NCBI RefSeq assembly: GCF_964355755.1
Contig: NC_092676.1
Location: forward strand, 10,331,888-10,395,887
DNA from: Antedon mediterranea
Taxonomy: Eukaryota > Animalia > Echinodermata
Direction of reading: 5' to 3'
Length of the DNA stretch: 64,000 nucleotides
The position numbers and the translations under genes were made by a program. Every line of letters begins with the position of its first letter. The stretch's first letter is position 1. The notes under the pieces are model-generated. The model was not told the origin of the DNA. It ran no database searches and saw only the letters and a list, made by a program, of their open reading frames with translations. Shown here piece by piece: positions 52,412 through 61,667 of this stretch.

Positions 52412-55400
52412 CTACAAACTACATTTTTTGTTGCGAATTGCACGGATCTTATCGTTCAGTTTTCTAACGATCTCCTCCCACTTCTTTTCCCTTTCTGCCT
52501 CGACTACGCTATAGACACTAAAAATATAACCTGAAAATAAATAAAATGATGTTATTATTATTATTATCGCAAATGATAGAACAACAATAAACGAATGAAG
52601 GTGTGGATGAATTATTGAATTAATATTATAGCCAAGATTTTAGAAGGTACGCATGCAAGTTTAATAATGGTTCGATACAAATGTTTAACTACAGTAATAC
52701 ATTCTTGGTTAATTTAATTTAATGTTACAATAGAGTTTTTTTGTTTAATGTGTTATGATGTTTTAACAAGTGTTGAGTTGGTTTTAAATATATTAAAATA
52801 TTTACCATGTTCAAAAATATATTATGTTACAAAAATTTGTATTCACATAATATGTTGACTAACAGTTTTGAGTTATATAATATGTTGAGGGTTTACACTA
52901 TTGTTGAGTCATATGGCCGAGCGGTTAAGGCAGGGGCGCCGTTTACCGTACCTAAAGAGCCAACAACAACATCGGCAAGGGTTCGAGGCCGACTCGCTCC
53001 TAGTTCTGGTGGTGGAACAAATATGATGTATTCTATTAAATTATATAAAACCTTTTTTGGTTCTAATCATCGGTACTTTATTCTAAATATCCAACACCCA
53101 TTTGTTATGGTTGATTAAAACACAAGATGATGATGATGATTTGGCTGTCCTGGGCTTAAACCCAGTTAACTGTTCTTATCTTAAATTATATTAAAATATT
53201 ATATCGTTCGTATGTATTTATGATGCAGCTTTATGGGCCAAAGGGCCCGAAGAGGATAGGTAGGTATGTATTTATGATCATTATGAAAAGTGTAAAATCT
53301 AGAATTTATGTTTAGTTGACCGACAGAGAGGGGCAATATTGAAATACCATCTCACAATACTCACTTCGCAATGCTCTTCGTTTAGCTTCATCCAAAGGCA
53401 CATTTCCCTTGGCTTTGCCATAGATTGTCATTTTCTCACAATCTTGCCTCGTGACAATTAGCTCTAACGTTGACAAGGCCAACTTCTCGATGGTGTTTGC
53501 AAACATTTGACAATTTGTCAATTTGGTTTTGGACACCTTTACACCAAATTTGGCATTACCCAAATAAGTCATGTCTAAAATGTAAATTATAGTTGTATTA
53601 ATTATAGTCATGTGGCCCGGACAAATTTTCCGCCTAGGCATATTGAATCACGTGTTCACATACTGTTATGAAACCATCATTTACTGTCTTATGAAAATCC
53701 GGAAATAACTTTTTGAGTAATTCTGCTAACTAACGAATATAGAAACACACCCGATTAACCTCATAACATCTAGTCGTTCTGGCGGAGGTAATACTTTGGT
53801 GTAGAATTAAAACGCTTGAGTTTCAATTCTGCATTATTGACTTACCGTCCAATGAGCTCTGGTCATCGTTTTCTTCTTCACGTTCGTCAGGCATAGCAGT
53901 GGGAGGAGGAGAAGGAGACCGAGGACTACAAGAAATAGCAGGAAGAGGAGGAGACCGAGGACTACAAGGAATAGCAGGAAGAGGAGGAGACCGAGGACTA
54001 CAAGGAATAGCAGGAAGAGGAGGAGACCGAGGACTACAAGGAATAGCAGGAAGAGGAAGAGATCGAGGACTACAAGGAATAGCAGGAAGAGGAGGAGACC
54101 GAGGACTACAAGGAATAGCAGGAAGAGGAGGAGACCGAGGACTACAAGGAATAGCAGGAAGAGGAGGAGACCGAGGACTACAAGGAATAGCAGGAAGAGG
54201 AGTGTGTAATTAAGTCAAAAATAAGACAAATGACATATAACTACTGGCAAGCGAGATGAACATTTATTTAGTAAGCTCCATTTGTGTCAACTGCACGTGC
54301 GACATATGAAAGGCCAAAAGTGCCAAAAGTATAATGTTACAATAATGATACATCCTTACTATTATATGTTTTTTTAGTTAAAGTCTTAAAACATTATTAA
54401 AGTTAAAGAACACTAACAAGTTAACAATTGTAAAAACAAAACTGAATGCCTAATCAACCTCTAAAAAACACAATGTTAAAAAGCAAGGAACTGACCATCA
54501 TCGGGTGGACTACCTCCGGTCTTTTGGGTTTATTTTGCCCACGAGCACGATACACAACTATTTATAGCGAACGTAATCATCAAATCTTGCTGGCTCTTTT
54601 CGCTCTCTTTCCGACCTTCTAATGGGAAGCTCATGCTCAGGAACCGGTTCTCTTGCTTCATCCGTTTCTTCTTGATTCGCTACGGTTTCATTTTGTGGCT
54701 CAGGGATATCTATGTCAACATCAACACTGTGATCTGCCTTTTCTTTTGATAATCTGAGGTGTTCTCGATTTCTTCTGAAAGCACCATCACCTTGTATTAC
54801 CTCATATGACCGATCATCTAGTCTTTTTGAGACTGTTGCCTTTTCCCATATCTTGTTCTGTCTGAAAGGCTTCATCCTCACCACGTCACCCTCTTTTAAA
54901 TCTGGCAATTTCTTAGTATGTTTGTCAAAATATTGTGCTTGACGTTTCTGGTTACGTGCAAGTTTTGCATCGTCATCATGGCTGGTATGTTGCGCTAACA
55001 GTAGTGATTTAGTAGTAGGAAGAATAGTTTTTGTTCTCCTCAGAAAGAAACGCTGAGCAGGACTGCTTTCGAGCCCTTGACTAGGGGTGTTGCGAATGTT
55101 CAATAATGCAACAAAGTGCTCCTGATTGGAACGGCCGCACCTTTTTAACATCTTTTTTGCAGCTTTAACAGCTGACTCTACCTTGCCATTAGCCTTGCTA
55201 TTATATGGTGAGGTTGTTAAGTGGTTTATACCATATTTGGAGCAGAAATCATTGAACTCTACAGATGCTAACTGTGGCCCATTATCACTTACAATACTGT
55301 CTGGTAACCCATATCTTCCAAAATGAACCTTGAGTTTATTTATGATTGATTGGGTTGTGGTTTTTGATAGTTTGTCCAATTCCCAAAAATTTGACCTGTA

Positions 55401-58400
55401 TAACATACAGTTACTAGATATTGTACGTTGTTGTATTCAAAAAGATCGACCCCAATCTTCTCCCATGCACGCTCTGGTATATCGTGCGACATTAAGGGCT
55501 GAGGCGGTTGAGAAGTGGAATCTTCCATGCATATCTCACATGTTTGCATCCAATCACTGATTTCATGTGTCATTTGGGGCCAGAAAACATACTCTCTTGC
55601 ACGTCGCAGCGTGCTATCTATGCCATTGTGGCCAACATGTAAACTTTCTTTGATCGCACGTCTCATTGACTGCGGAATAACAATACGTTCACCTTTGTAT
55701 ATGAGGTCATTATTTACACTAAGCTCATCCTTATAACTAAAATATGGTACAATTGTGGGGTCTAAGTCACATTTGCGCTCTGGCCAGCCTTGTAATATTA
55801 ACCGTTTCAGAGCATGAAAAGATTTATCATCATTTGTGTGTTGTTTTAGTTCAATCAGTTTGTCGTCTGGTAGATCTATAGGCCTAGTAATAACATTTAT
55901 AACATCAAATTCGTCTTGTGTGCCAGTATGTGGCAAGAATGAGCGACTTAATACGTCGGCAAGAACATTACTTTTACCCTTTATGTAATGTACATCAATG
56001 TTATATCCCAATGCTCTTAGGAGCATGCCTTGGAGGCGCTTAGGAACTTTGTCAAGAGGCTTATTTACAATACATTCAAGAGGCTTATGATCAGTTAAAA
56101 CTTTAACTGGCCTAGCAAAAGTGAACTGATTCCACTTTTCCAAAGCATTGACGATGGCTAACATTTCTTTCTCAATGACTGAGTATCGGACTTCAGCCTC
56201 TGTGAGCCCTCGGCTTGTCCATGCAATGGGTCTACCTTCTTGAACCATGACCGCACCTATGCCATTGGCACTTGCATCAGATTGAATGATTAATTCTTTA
56301 TTGGGGTCATAGTATGCCAACACTGGGGCTTCAGTTATCAGTTTCTTAATATTAGAAAAAGCTTTGTCATGGACAGCATCCCATACCCAGACAGAATCTT
56401 TACGGGTAAGATTATTTAGAGGTGTCATGATATTGGCCAAGCTAGGTAAATATCTAGATAAATAATTTACCATACCACGAAGTCGATCAATGTCATCTTT
56501 ACATTTAGGTTTAGGCATGTTGTGAATTGCATCAACTTTGCCTTGGTCGATCTTCAAACCAGTATTTGTTATTACATGACCAAGAAAGCTAACTTCATTA
56601 ACCTTGAATTTACACTTATCTTTGTTTAAGATGATGCCTATATCCTGGCATCTTTCAAGAAATCTACGTAAAATTACATCATGACTTTTGTCATCATTAG
56701 CCCAAATAATGATATCATCAGCTATACATTCTACATTGTCTAAACCTTCAAGGGCTTGTTTAAGGCGTTTCTGAAAAATTTCACTTGACGGTTTTAATCC
56801 ATACGGAAGGCAACGCCATTTATATCTACCCCAAGGTGTAGCCATAGTAGTTAGTATACTTGAGTCATCATTAAGTTTACAATGCAAATATCCCTCTTTA
56901 AGATCACATGTAGAGAAGACCTTAGCATGAGATAACTTAGGTAATATGTCATCTAACACAGGCAAAGGATAGTGTTCCCTCATAAGGTTATCATTTAGTG
57001 AACGCGGGTCAAGACAGATCCTAATCTTACCAGACTTTTTCTGGGCAACAGACATTTGGTTAACCCATTCGGTAGGCTCACTAATCTTTGCAATGATGCC
57101 ACGGGATTCCATGTCATCAAGCTCTGCCTTCACTGAACATTTGATTGCTTCTGGAAGTGTTCTCGCTGGTCTGATCACAGGTCTAGCACCTTCTGAAATG
57201 GCTAATTTAACTGGTTCACCTGGTAGGCAACCAACTCTTTCAGAATCAAACACCTGAGGAAACTCGGTGAAGATGTTGTTATCAGTGTTTACTTTCAACA
57301 CGTGTGCAACATCCATTGAATTGTAATTAACAGTTATCAGTCCCATTTTTTCTGCAGCAGTTTTGTCAAGAATTGGAACAAAGGAATCATCAACAATGGT
57401 GAAATCTATCTTGTATTTTTTGTTGTTTGCAGGGTTTCTTACGATTAGTCTACATTTTCCTAGTGCAGGTTGTGTGGACTTGTTCCACATTCGCAATGTT
57501 ACTTTCTCCTTGCGAATAGTATCAGTTGCTATCAGATAACGTTTTGGTAGCAAATTAACTGTAGCACCAGAGTCGACCTGAAACTGCACTTTCACATTGT
57601 GTACCAACATATTACAATGTATGCTGTTATCATTTATCGAATTAACTTGAACAATACAGCTGACGGATTCAGCAGAATCAGAGTCATCTTGCGTAGTGCA
57701 ATTAACATTCTTCGCACAAACTTGTGAGGATTTGAAATGGTTACATTTGCCACATGTAGCGCACTTTTTTCCCCATGCTGGACATTTTGATTTGTCCATG
57801 AGATGAATTTTACAACAAAATTTGCACTTACGTTCAACTTTTCTTTCATTATGACCAACTTTGTTGTCATTTTTAAAAGAATGGACTTCACTACTACTGC
57901 TGAGAGAACGCATTTGAGTTGTGGCTGCTTCAATGGCTTTGCAGATCTCAATTGATTTTTGAAGGGTTAAATCATGGGTGGCCATCATTTTTTCCTGCAT
58001 CTTGGGGTCACAGACACCTAGCAATATTCTGTCCATGAGCAGGTGGTCTTTCATACAGTTGCAAAACCCACAGTTTATTGTGAGAGTACGTAAAGCTGCT
58101 ACATACTGAGCTATAGTTTCTCCTTGTTGTTGGTTTCGTTTATTGAACTTATAGCGTTCAAAGTATTGACGAGTTTGACCTAAAAAATGCTGGTCAAATT
58201 TTTGCAAGATAGTATCAGAATTCTCAATCTCAGTTGAACTAAAATTCATACCGTTATATATTTTTAGCCCTTCAGGCCCCAAAGCATGCAGTAACATCGC
58301 TTTTTGGTACTCTGTATCCTCATTAGAGATATGAGATAAGACACAATAGTTGGAATACAATTGCTTCCATAGACGCCATTCGTCAGGACCATAATCAGCT

Positions 58401-59818
58401 TTGATTTTGTCTGGCGGCGATACATTGATGCGTTTCCGGCCGGGTCGTTGTACGGTTGGTTGAGTGCCAACCTGAGAGTCCCCGTCAGCAACAGGTGCAT
58501 CAGGCAAAGACATTTTCTCTTAAAAATGTACACACAAATACGAGAATGCTCTAAGACAATAGTACTTTAATATACTTAGGTTCGAATAACCGCTGCTACC
58601 ATGTGTAATTAAGTCAAAAATAAGAAAAATGACATATAACTACTGGCAAGCGAGATGAACATTTATTTAGTAAGCTCCATTTGTGTCAACTGCACGTGCG
58701 ACATATGAAAGGCCAAAAGTGCCAAAAGTATAATGTTACAATAATGATACAAGGAGGAGATCGAGGACTACAAGGAATAGCAGGAAGAGAAGAAGATCGA
58801 GGACTACAAGGAATAGCAGGAAGAGGATGAGGCAGAGTTTCGATGAAGGTTGGCATTGAAGCCGAAGTTTCTTGAGGTTTAATGCTCTAAAATAAATAAA
58901 TACAGATAAAATATTATAATTATATAAACAAACATTTATTATCGCCTTCAAAATACTTTGCAATAGAGGTAATACCATCGACAATAATAATAATTCAATC
59001 TTATATATGGGTTTGGATCAAACACATATAGAAACATACTCATGGGAGCATGCGAGTGTTATCGATGATAACCAAACCAGATAATAAACAATGTTTGAGT
59101 GTATATATGATATAAAAAACATATGCATGCTGCAAAATAGTGTACTGTAAACAAGATCGCGTAAATCATTTGTGGGTGCGATATTCGTTGTGTTGAAATG
59201 CACGAAGGCATACTAGTACTGTGTGTGTATAACGTATTGTAGTAAAATTAATAACAAGATTGCCTCAACCATTGTATTACCTTCGTATAAAGACTACTGT
59301 ATATCCTACACAGTAGTATTTACAGTACGAAATCGCGTACTGTATCCTTACTTAACAATAATGCGACGTCCTTTGTGTTTACCGACAGTACGCGATGAAG
59401 GAAGCAAACAGCTAACACTATCGTAGTAGGCGCCTGTGTACTGAAATTGCTTGTTAGAAGTTATTTGACCCACTTCCCACGCATCATCGTACAGTACTGT
59501 AATGCGACATCCTTTGTGTTTACCGACAGTAGACGACGAAGCAAGCAAAACAGCTATCACTATCGTAGTAGGCGCGCGTGTACTGAAATTGCTTGTTACA
59601 AGTTATTTGACCCACTTCCCACGCATTATCGTACAGTACTGGGTACTGAAACAACTTTTGTGTTTACTTTCGCGAAAGTTTAATGCTCGCGAAAGTTTCT
59701 GGTTTTACAAGATTGGGTTGTAGTACGGGCTTACCTTGTAAACGGCTTTCACGCATGTCTTGCACTTTGCCAGCCGGTCCAATTTTTTCTCTATTCTCTT
59801 TTGTCCTTCTTGTAGTAA
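52412..59818 (-). CDS. Spliced coiled-coil + Pro-repeat + BEN-domain protein (exons 59818-59735, 58886-53846 split by Gypsy, 53574-53365, 52530-52412); 5' exon not found
   Basis: LLQEGQKRIEKKLDRLAKCKTCVKAVYK / SIKPQE..(PLPAIPCSPRSP)n..DDQSSLD / DMTYLGNAKFGVKVSKTKL..KLALSTLELIVTRQDCEKMTIYGKAKGNVPLDEAKRRALRS / YIFSVYSVVEAEREKKWEEIVRKLNDKIRAIRNKKCSL*. All GT-AG, and phases agree once the LTR element and one TSD are removed. Confidence 0.75.
52908..53020 (+). mobile_element. Truncated SINE head related to 46365-46612
   Basis: tggccgagcggttaagg..gggttcgaggccgactcgctcc..gttctggtggt. Confidence 0.65.
53640..53791 (-). mobile_element. HINE 5' fragment related to 11145-11815
   Basis: actttttgagtaattctgctaac..aaacacac..cgatta..ggcggaggtaa. 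Confidence 0.55.
53905..54202 (-). repeat. 36-bp coding minisatellite (PLPAIPCSPRSP, ~8 units; ~2 more at 58752-58828)
   Basis: ggaagaggaggagaccgaggactacaaggaatagca repeated on both sides of the LTR element. Confidence 0.95.
54558..55406 (-). CDS. Integrase core and C-terminus, separated from pol by a frameshift near 55400
   Basis: FGRYGLPDSIVSDNGPQ, SPYNSKANGKVESAVK, RNTP..SPAQ, FRRNREHL. Confidence 0.93.
   Translation of the reverse strand: MLYRSNFWELDKLSKTTTQSIINKLKVHFGRYGLPDSIVSDNGPQLASVEFNDFCSKYGINHLTTSPYNSKANGKVESAVKAAKKMLKRCGRSNQEHFVALLNIRNTPSQGLESSPAQRFFLRRTKTILPTTKSLLLAQHTSHDDDAKLARNQKRQAQYFDKHTKKLPDLKEGDVVRMKPFRQNKIWEKATVSKRLDDRSYEVIQGDGAFRRNREHLRLSKEKADHSVDVDIDIPEPQNETVANQEETDEAREPVPEHELPIRRSERERKEPARFDDYVRYK
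55340..58513 (-). CDS. Gag-Pol polyprotein (gag, Zn knuckles, protease, RT, RNase H, integrase Zn finger)
   Basis: CKFCCKIH..CPAWGKKCATCGKCNHF, VDSGAT, IRICLDPR, CIADDII, SDASANGIGA, TDHKPL, HVGHNG..CEIC. Confidence 0.95.
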   Translation of the reverse strand: MSLPDAPVADGDSQVGTQPTVQRPGRKRINVSPPDKIKADYGPDEWRLWKQLYSNYCVLSHISNEDTEYQKAMLLHALGPEGLKIYNGMNFSSTEIENSDTILQKFDQHFLGQTRQYFERYKFNKRNQQQGETIAQYVAALRTLTINCGFCNCMKDHLLMDRILLGVCDPKMQEKMMATHDLTLQKSIEICKAIEAATTQMRSLSSSSEVHSFKNDNKVGHNERKVERKCKFCCKIHLMDKSKCPAWGKKCATCGKCNHFKSSQVCAKNVNCTTQDDSDSAESVSCIVQVNSINDNSIHCNMLVHNVKVQFQVDSGATVNLLPKRYLIATDTIRKEKVTLRMWNKSTQPALGKCRLIVRNPANNKKYKIDFTIVDDSFVPILDKTAAEKMGLITVNYNSMDVAHVLKVNTDNNIFTEFPQVFDSERVGCLPGEPVKLAISEGARPVIRPARTLPEAIKCSVKAELDDMESRGIIAKISEPTEWVNQMSVAQKKSGKIRICLDPRSLNDNLMREHYPLPVLDDILPKLSHAKVFSTCDLKEGYLHCKLNDDSSILTTMATPWGRYKWRCLPYGLKPSSEIFQKRLKQALEGLDNVECIADDIIIWANDDKSHDVILRRFLERCQDIGIILNKDKCKFKVNEVSFLGHVITNTGLKIDQGKVDAIHNMPKPKCKDDIDRLRGMVNYLSRYLPSLANIMTPLNNLTRKDSVWVWDAVHDKAFSNIKKLITEAPVLAYYDPNKELIIQSDASANGIGAVMVQEGRPIAWTSRGLTEAEVRYSVIEKEMLAIVNALEKWNQFTFARPVKVLTDHKPLECIVNKPLDKVPKRLQGMLLRALGYNIDVHYIKGKSNVLADVLSRSFLPHTGTQDEFDVINVITRPIDLPDDKLIELKQHTNDDKSFHALKRLILQGWPERKCDLDPTIVPYFSYKDELSVNNDLIYKGERIVIPQSMRRAIKESLHVGHNGIDSTLRRAREYVFWPQMTHEISDWMQTCEICMEDSTSQPPQPLMSHDIPERAWEKIGVDLFEYNNVQYLVTVCYTGQIFGNWTNYQKPQPNQS
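59360..59640. repeat. 141-bp tandem duplication in a BEN-gene intron
   Basis: atgcgacgtcctttgtgtttaccgacagta...gacccacttcccacgcat.atcgtacagtactg twice. Confidence 0.9.
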
Positions 59819-60142
59819 CTATAAAAAAATGACAATGCTGTGGGTATCGGTGGCTGGATCTCAATGGAGATACAAAAAAAAAGCGAAAAGCTAAATCAAA
59901 ACGATAAAGTAAACAGCCAGAAAAGTTAGCAGGAGAGCATATATTATATATCCGGGCGGTTTAGAATTACTGTTCTTTGCCGGATTTGATTATATATATA
60001 TATATATATATATAAATCCAAAGGCAAATTACTGAAAAAAATGACAATGCTGTGGGTATCAGTGGCTGGATCTCAATGGAGATACAAAAATAAAAAGCGA
60101 AAAGCTAAATCAAAACGATAAAGTAAACAGCCAGAAAAGTTA

Positions 60143-60179
60143 GCAGAGCTTTCGGGCAACACTAGCCCTTCATCAGTGC
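60143..60179 (-). ncRNA. Minimal type-I hammerhead ribozyme of the Penelope terminal repeat
   Basis: Minus strand gca-CUGAUGA-a-gggc-uaguguu-gccc-GAAA-gc-UC-ugc: conserved core, stem II, palindromic AGCU stem III, stem I gca/ugc. Confidence 0.8.
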
Positions 60180-60456
60180 AAGTGAAGGAATTTGGATAAC
60201 GTCAGAGTATAAGCTGGCAAGTGCTGCCTGGGTGGACAGGAATAAAAGAAATATAACAAAGGGAGCCAGGGTGGAGTCTGAATAAGAGTGGAAAACAAAG
60301 AAGGTAGCTTGGTAGAGATATAAACAATTTTGGAATGAGACTAAAAAACAGCTTAAATGGTGGTTAATATTGAAACTTAAATTTTGGTAGTCAATGGAAT
60401 AATTTTACCGATCTGGGAGTATGTTCCTAATGTTAAGTCCAAAAGGTTTTGTGGTT

Positions 60457-61260
60457 TTAAGTAAATTCCCAGTGGTTTTCTTTGTCTTTGCGAGTTTTGT
60501 CGCTCCATTTGACATCGTGGTCTATTGCAATAACTCTGAAATTTGCAATCGAGTGACCAGCTGAATTAAAATGTTCGGCTACAGGTTGATCAAGCTTTAA
60601 TGTTTTGATAGCTGATCTATGTTGTGTCATTCTCATACGGAGAGTGTTTTTTGTTTCTCCGACGTACTGTTTGCCACAAACATTACAGTATATGAGATAA
60701 ATGACGTTTTTGGTTAGACAATTAATTGATTGTCTTATCCGAAAAATGCGGCCAGTTTGGTTACTCTCAAATTTTTCAGTAGAATCAACCAATGAACAAG
60801 TTTTGCAAGATTTGCCGCAAAGGTGACTGCCCAAATTTTGGCTGTCATGAGAGTTAATTTCACTCTTAAATTTGGATCTGACTAATATATCACGAAGGTT
60901 GGGAGGTCTACGAAATGCAATAATGGGTGGTTCCGGAAAAACAGTCCTGAGACGTTCTGTGGACTGTAGAATGGGCATATGTTTCTCAATAATAGCCCGT
61001 AATGGAGGCAACCTAGGGTGGTAGGTTGTGACCAATGGCACTCTGGTCGATTTTTTTGGCTGACGTGGTTTGTACGTCAGTGTTTGACATCGAGGAATAT
61101 CTTTTGCTTTCTTTATAGCAGTTTCGATGTATTCCTTCTTGTAATTTCTGTTCCGGAGATGTCCGGTTAGTTCTTCGGTACGATTCTGAAAATCTAAATC
61201 TGAAGAACAGATACGTCTGATACGTAATGCTTGACTGTACGGTATGTTTTTAGTACAGTG
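60457..61260 (-). CDS. Penelope RT C-terminus plus GIY-YIG endonuclease (partial)
   Basis: CGKSCKTC, INCLTKNVIYLIYCNVCGKQYVGETKNTLRMRMTQH, PVAEHFN; frameshift near the C-terminus. Confidence 0.9.
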   Translation of the reverse strand, partial: HCTKNIPYSQALRIRRICSSDLDFQNRTEELTGHLRNRNYKKEYIETAIKKAKDIPRCQTLTYKPRQPKKSTRVPLVTTYHPRLPPLRAIIEKHMPILQSTERLRTVFPEPPIIAFRRPPNLRDILVRSKFKSEINSHDSQNLGSHLCGKSCKTCSLVDSTEKFESNQTGRIFRIRQSINCLTKNVIYLIYCNVCGKQYVGETKNTLRMRMTQHRSAIKTLKLDQPVAEHFNSAGHSIANFRVIAIDHDVKWSDKTRKDKENHWEFT

Positions 61261-61667
61261 TATATATATATATATGGAGTAAGTACTATAGGCCTAGATA
61301 TTGAAAGGCCTAGACTAGGCTGTCCTAATAAATATAGGCATTTTTATAGGCTAGCCTACTACTACTACTACTACTACTACTAGTAGTAGTAGTAGTAGTA
61401 GGCCTATTAAATAATGCTAGAGCATACTATTATACTGCAGGTGATATAACAAATTAAAAGCATTTGATTAAAAAGAAAATTAAAACCATTAGGCCTACAA
61501 TTTCGAATTAAAAATGATAAACATTATGACCTGGCCTATGATGGGTGATTTGTTGTTATTGTGTTGTTGTGTGATACTACTAAACAAACAGACCTGAACC
61601 TGGTCGTTAATATTAATTATTATTTTTTTTTACATATTATATTTAGTTTTCGATCAAAACCTACAAA

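Larger units (their letters stand above)
54203..58751 (-). mobile_element. Full-length Ty3/Gypsy LTR retrotransposon (Mag-like)
   Basis: 150-bp TG..CA LTRs 54203-54352 and 58602-58751 (one mismatch seen), 5-bp TSD AGGAG, PBS tggtagcagcgg next to the 5' LTR. Confidence 0.97.
59820..61260 (-). mobile_element. 5'-truncated Penelope-like retroelement with partial terminal repeat, in (TA)n context
   Basis: RT thumb IPYSQALRIRRICS, linker PLVTTYHP..AFRRPPNLRDILVRS, GIY-YIG; 59820-59932 duplicates 60035-60146. Confidence 0.92.

Noticed and set aside
53899-54213. Collagen-like Gly-rich ORF on plus
   Set aside because: It is the antisense of the 36-bp repeat; splice sites and phase support the minus-strand Pro-rich reading.
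55380-55420. Programmed frameshift in the Gypsy pol
   Set aside because: Falls inside the integrase core with no slippery site; more likely a small indel or sequencing error.
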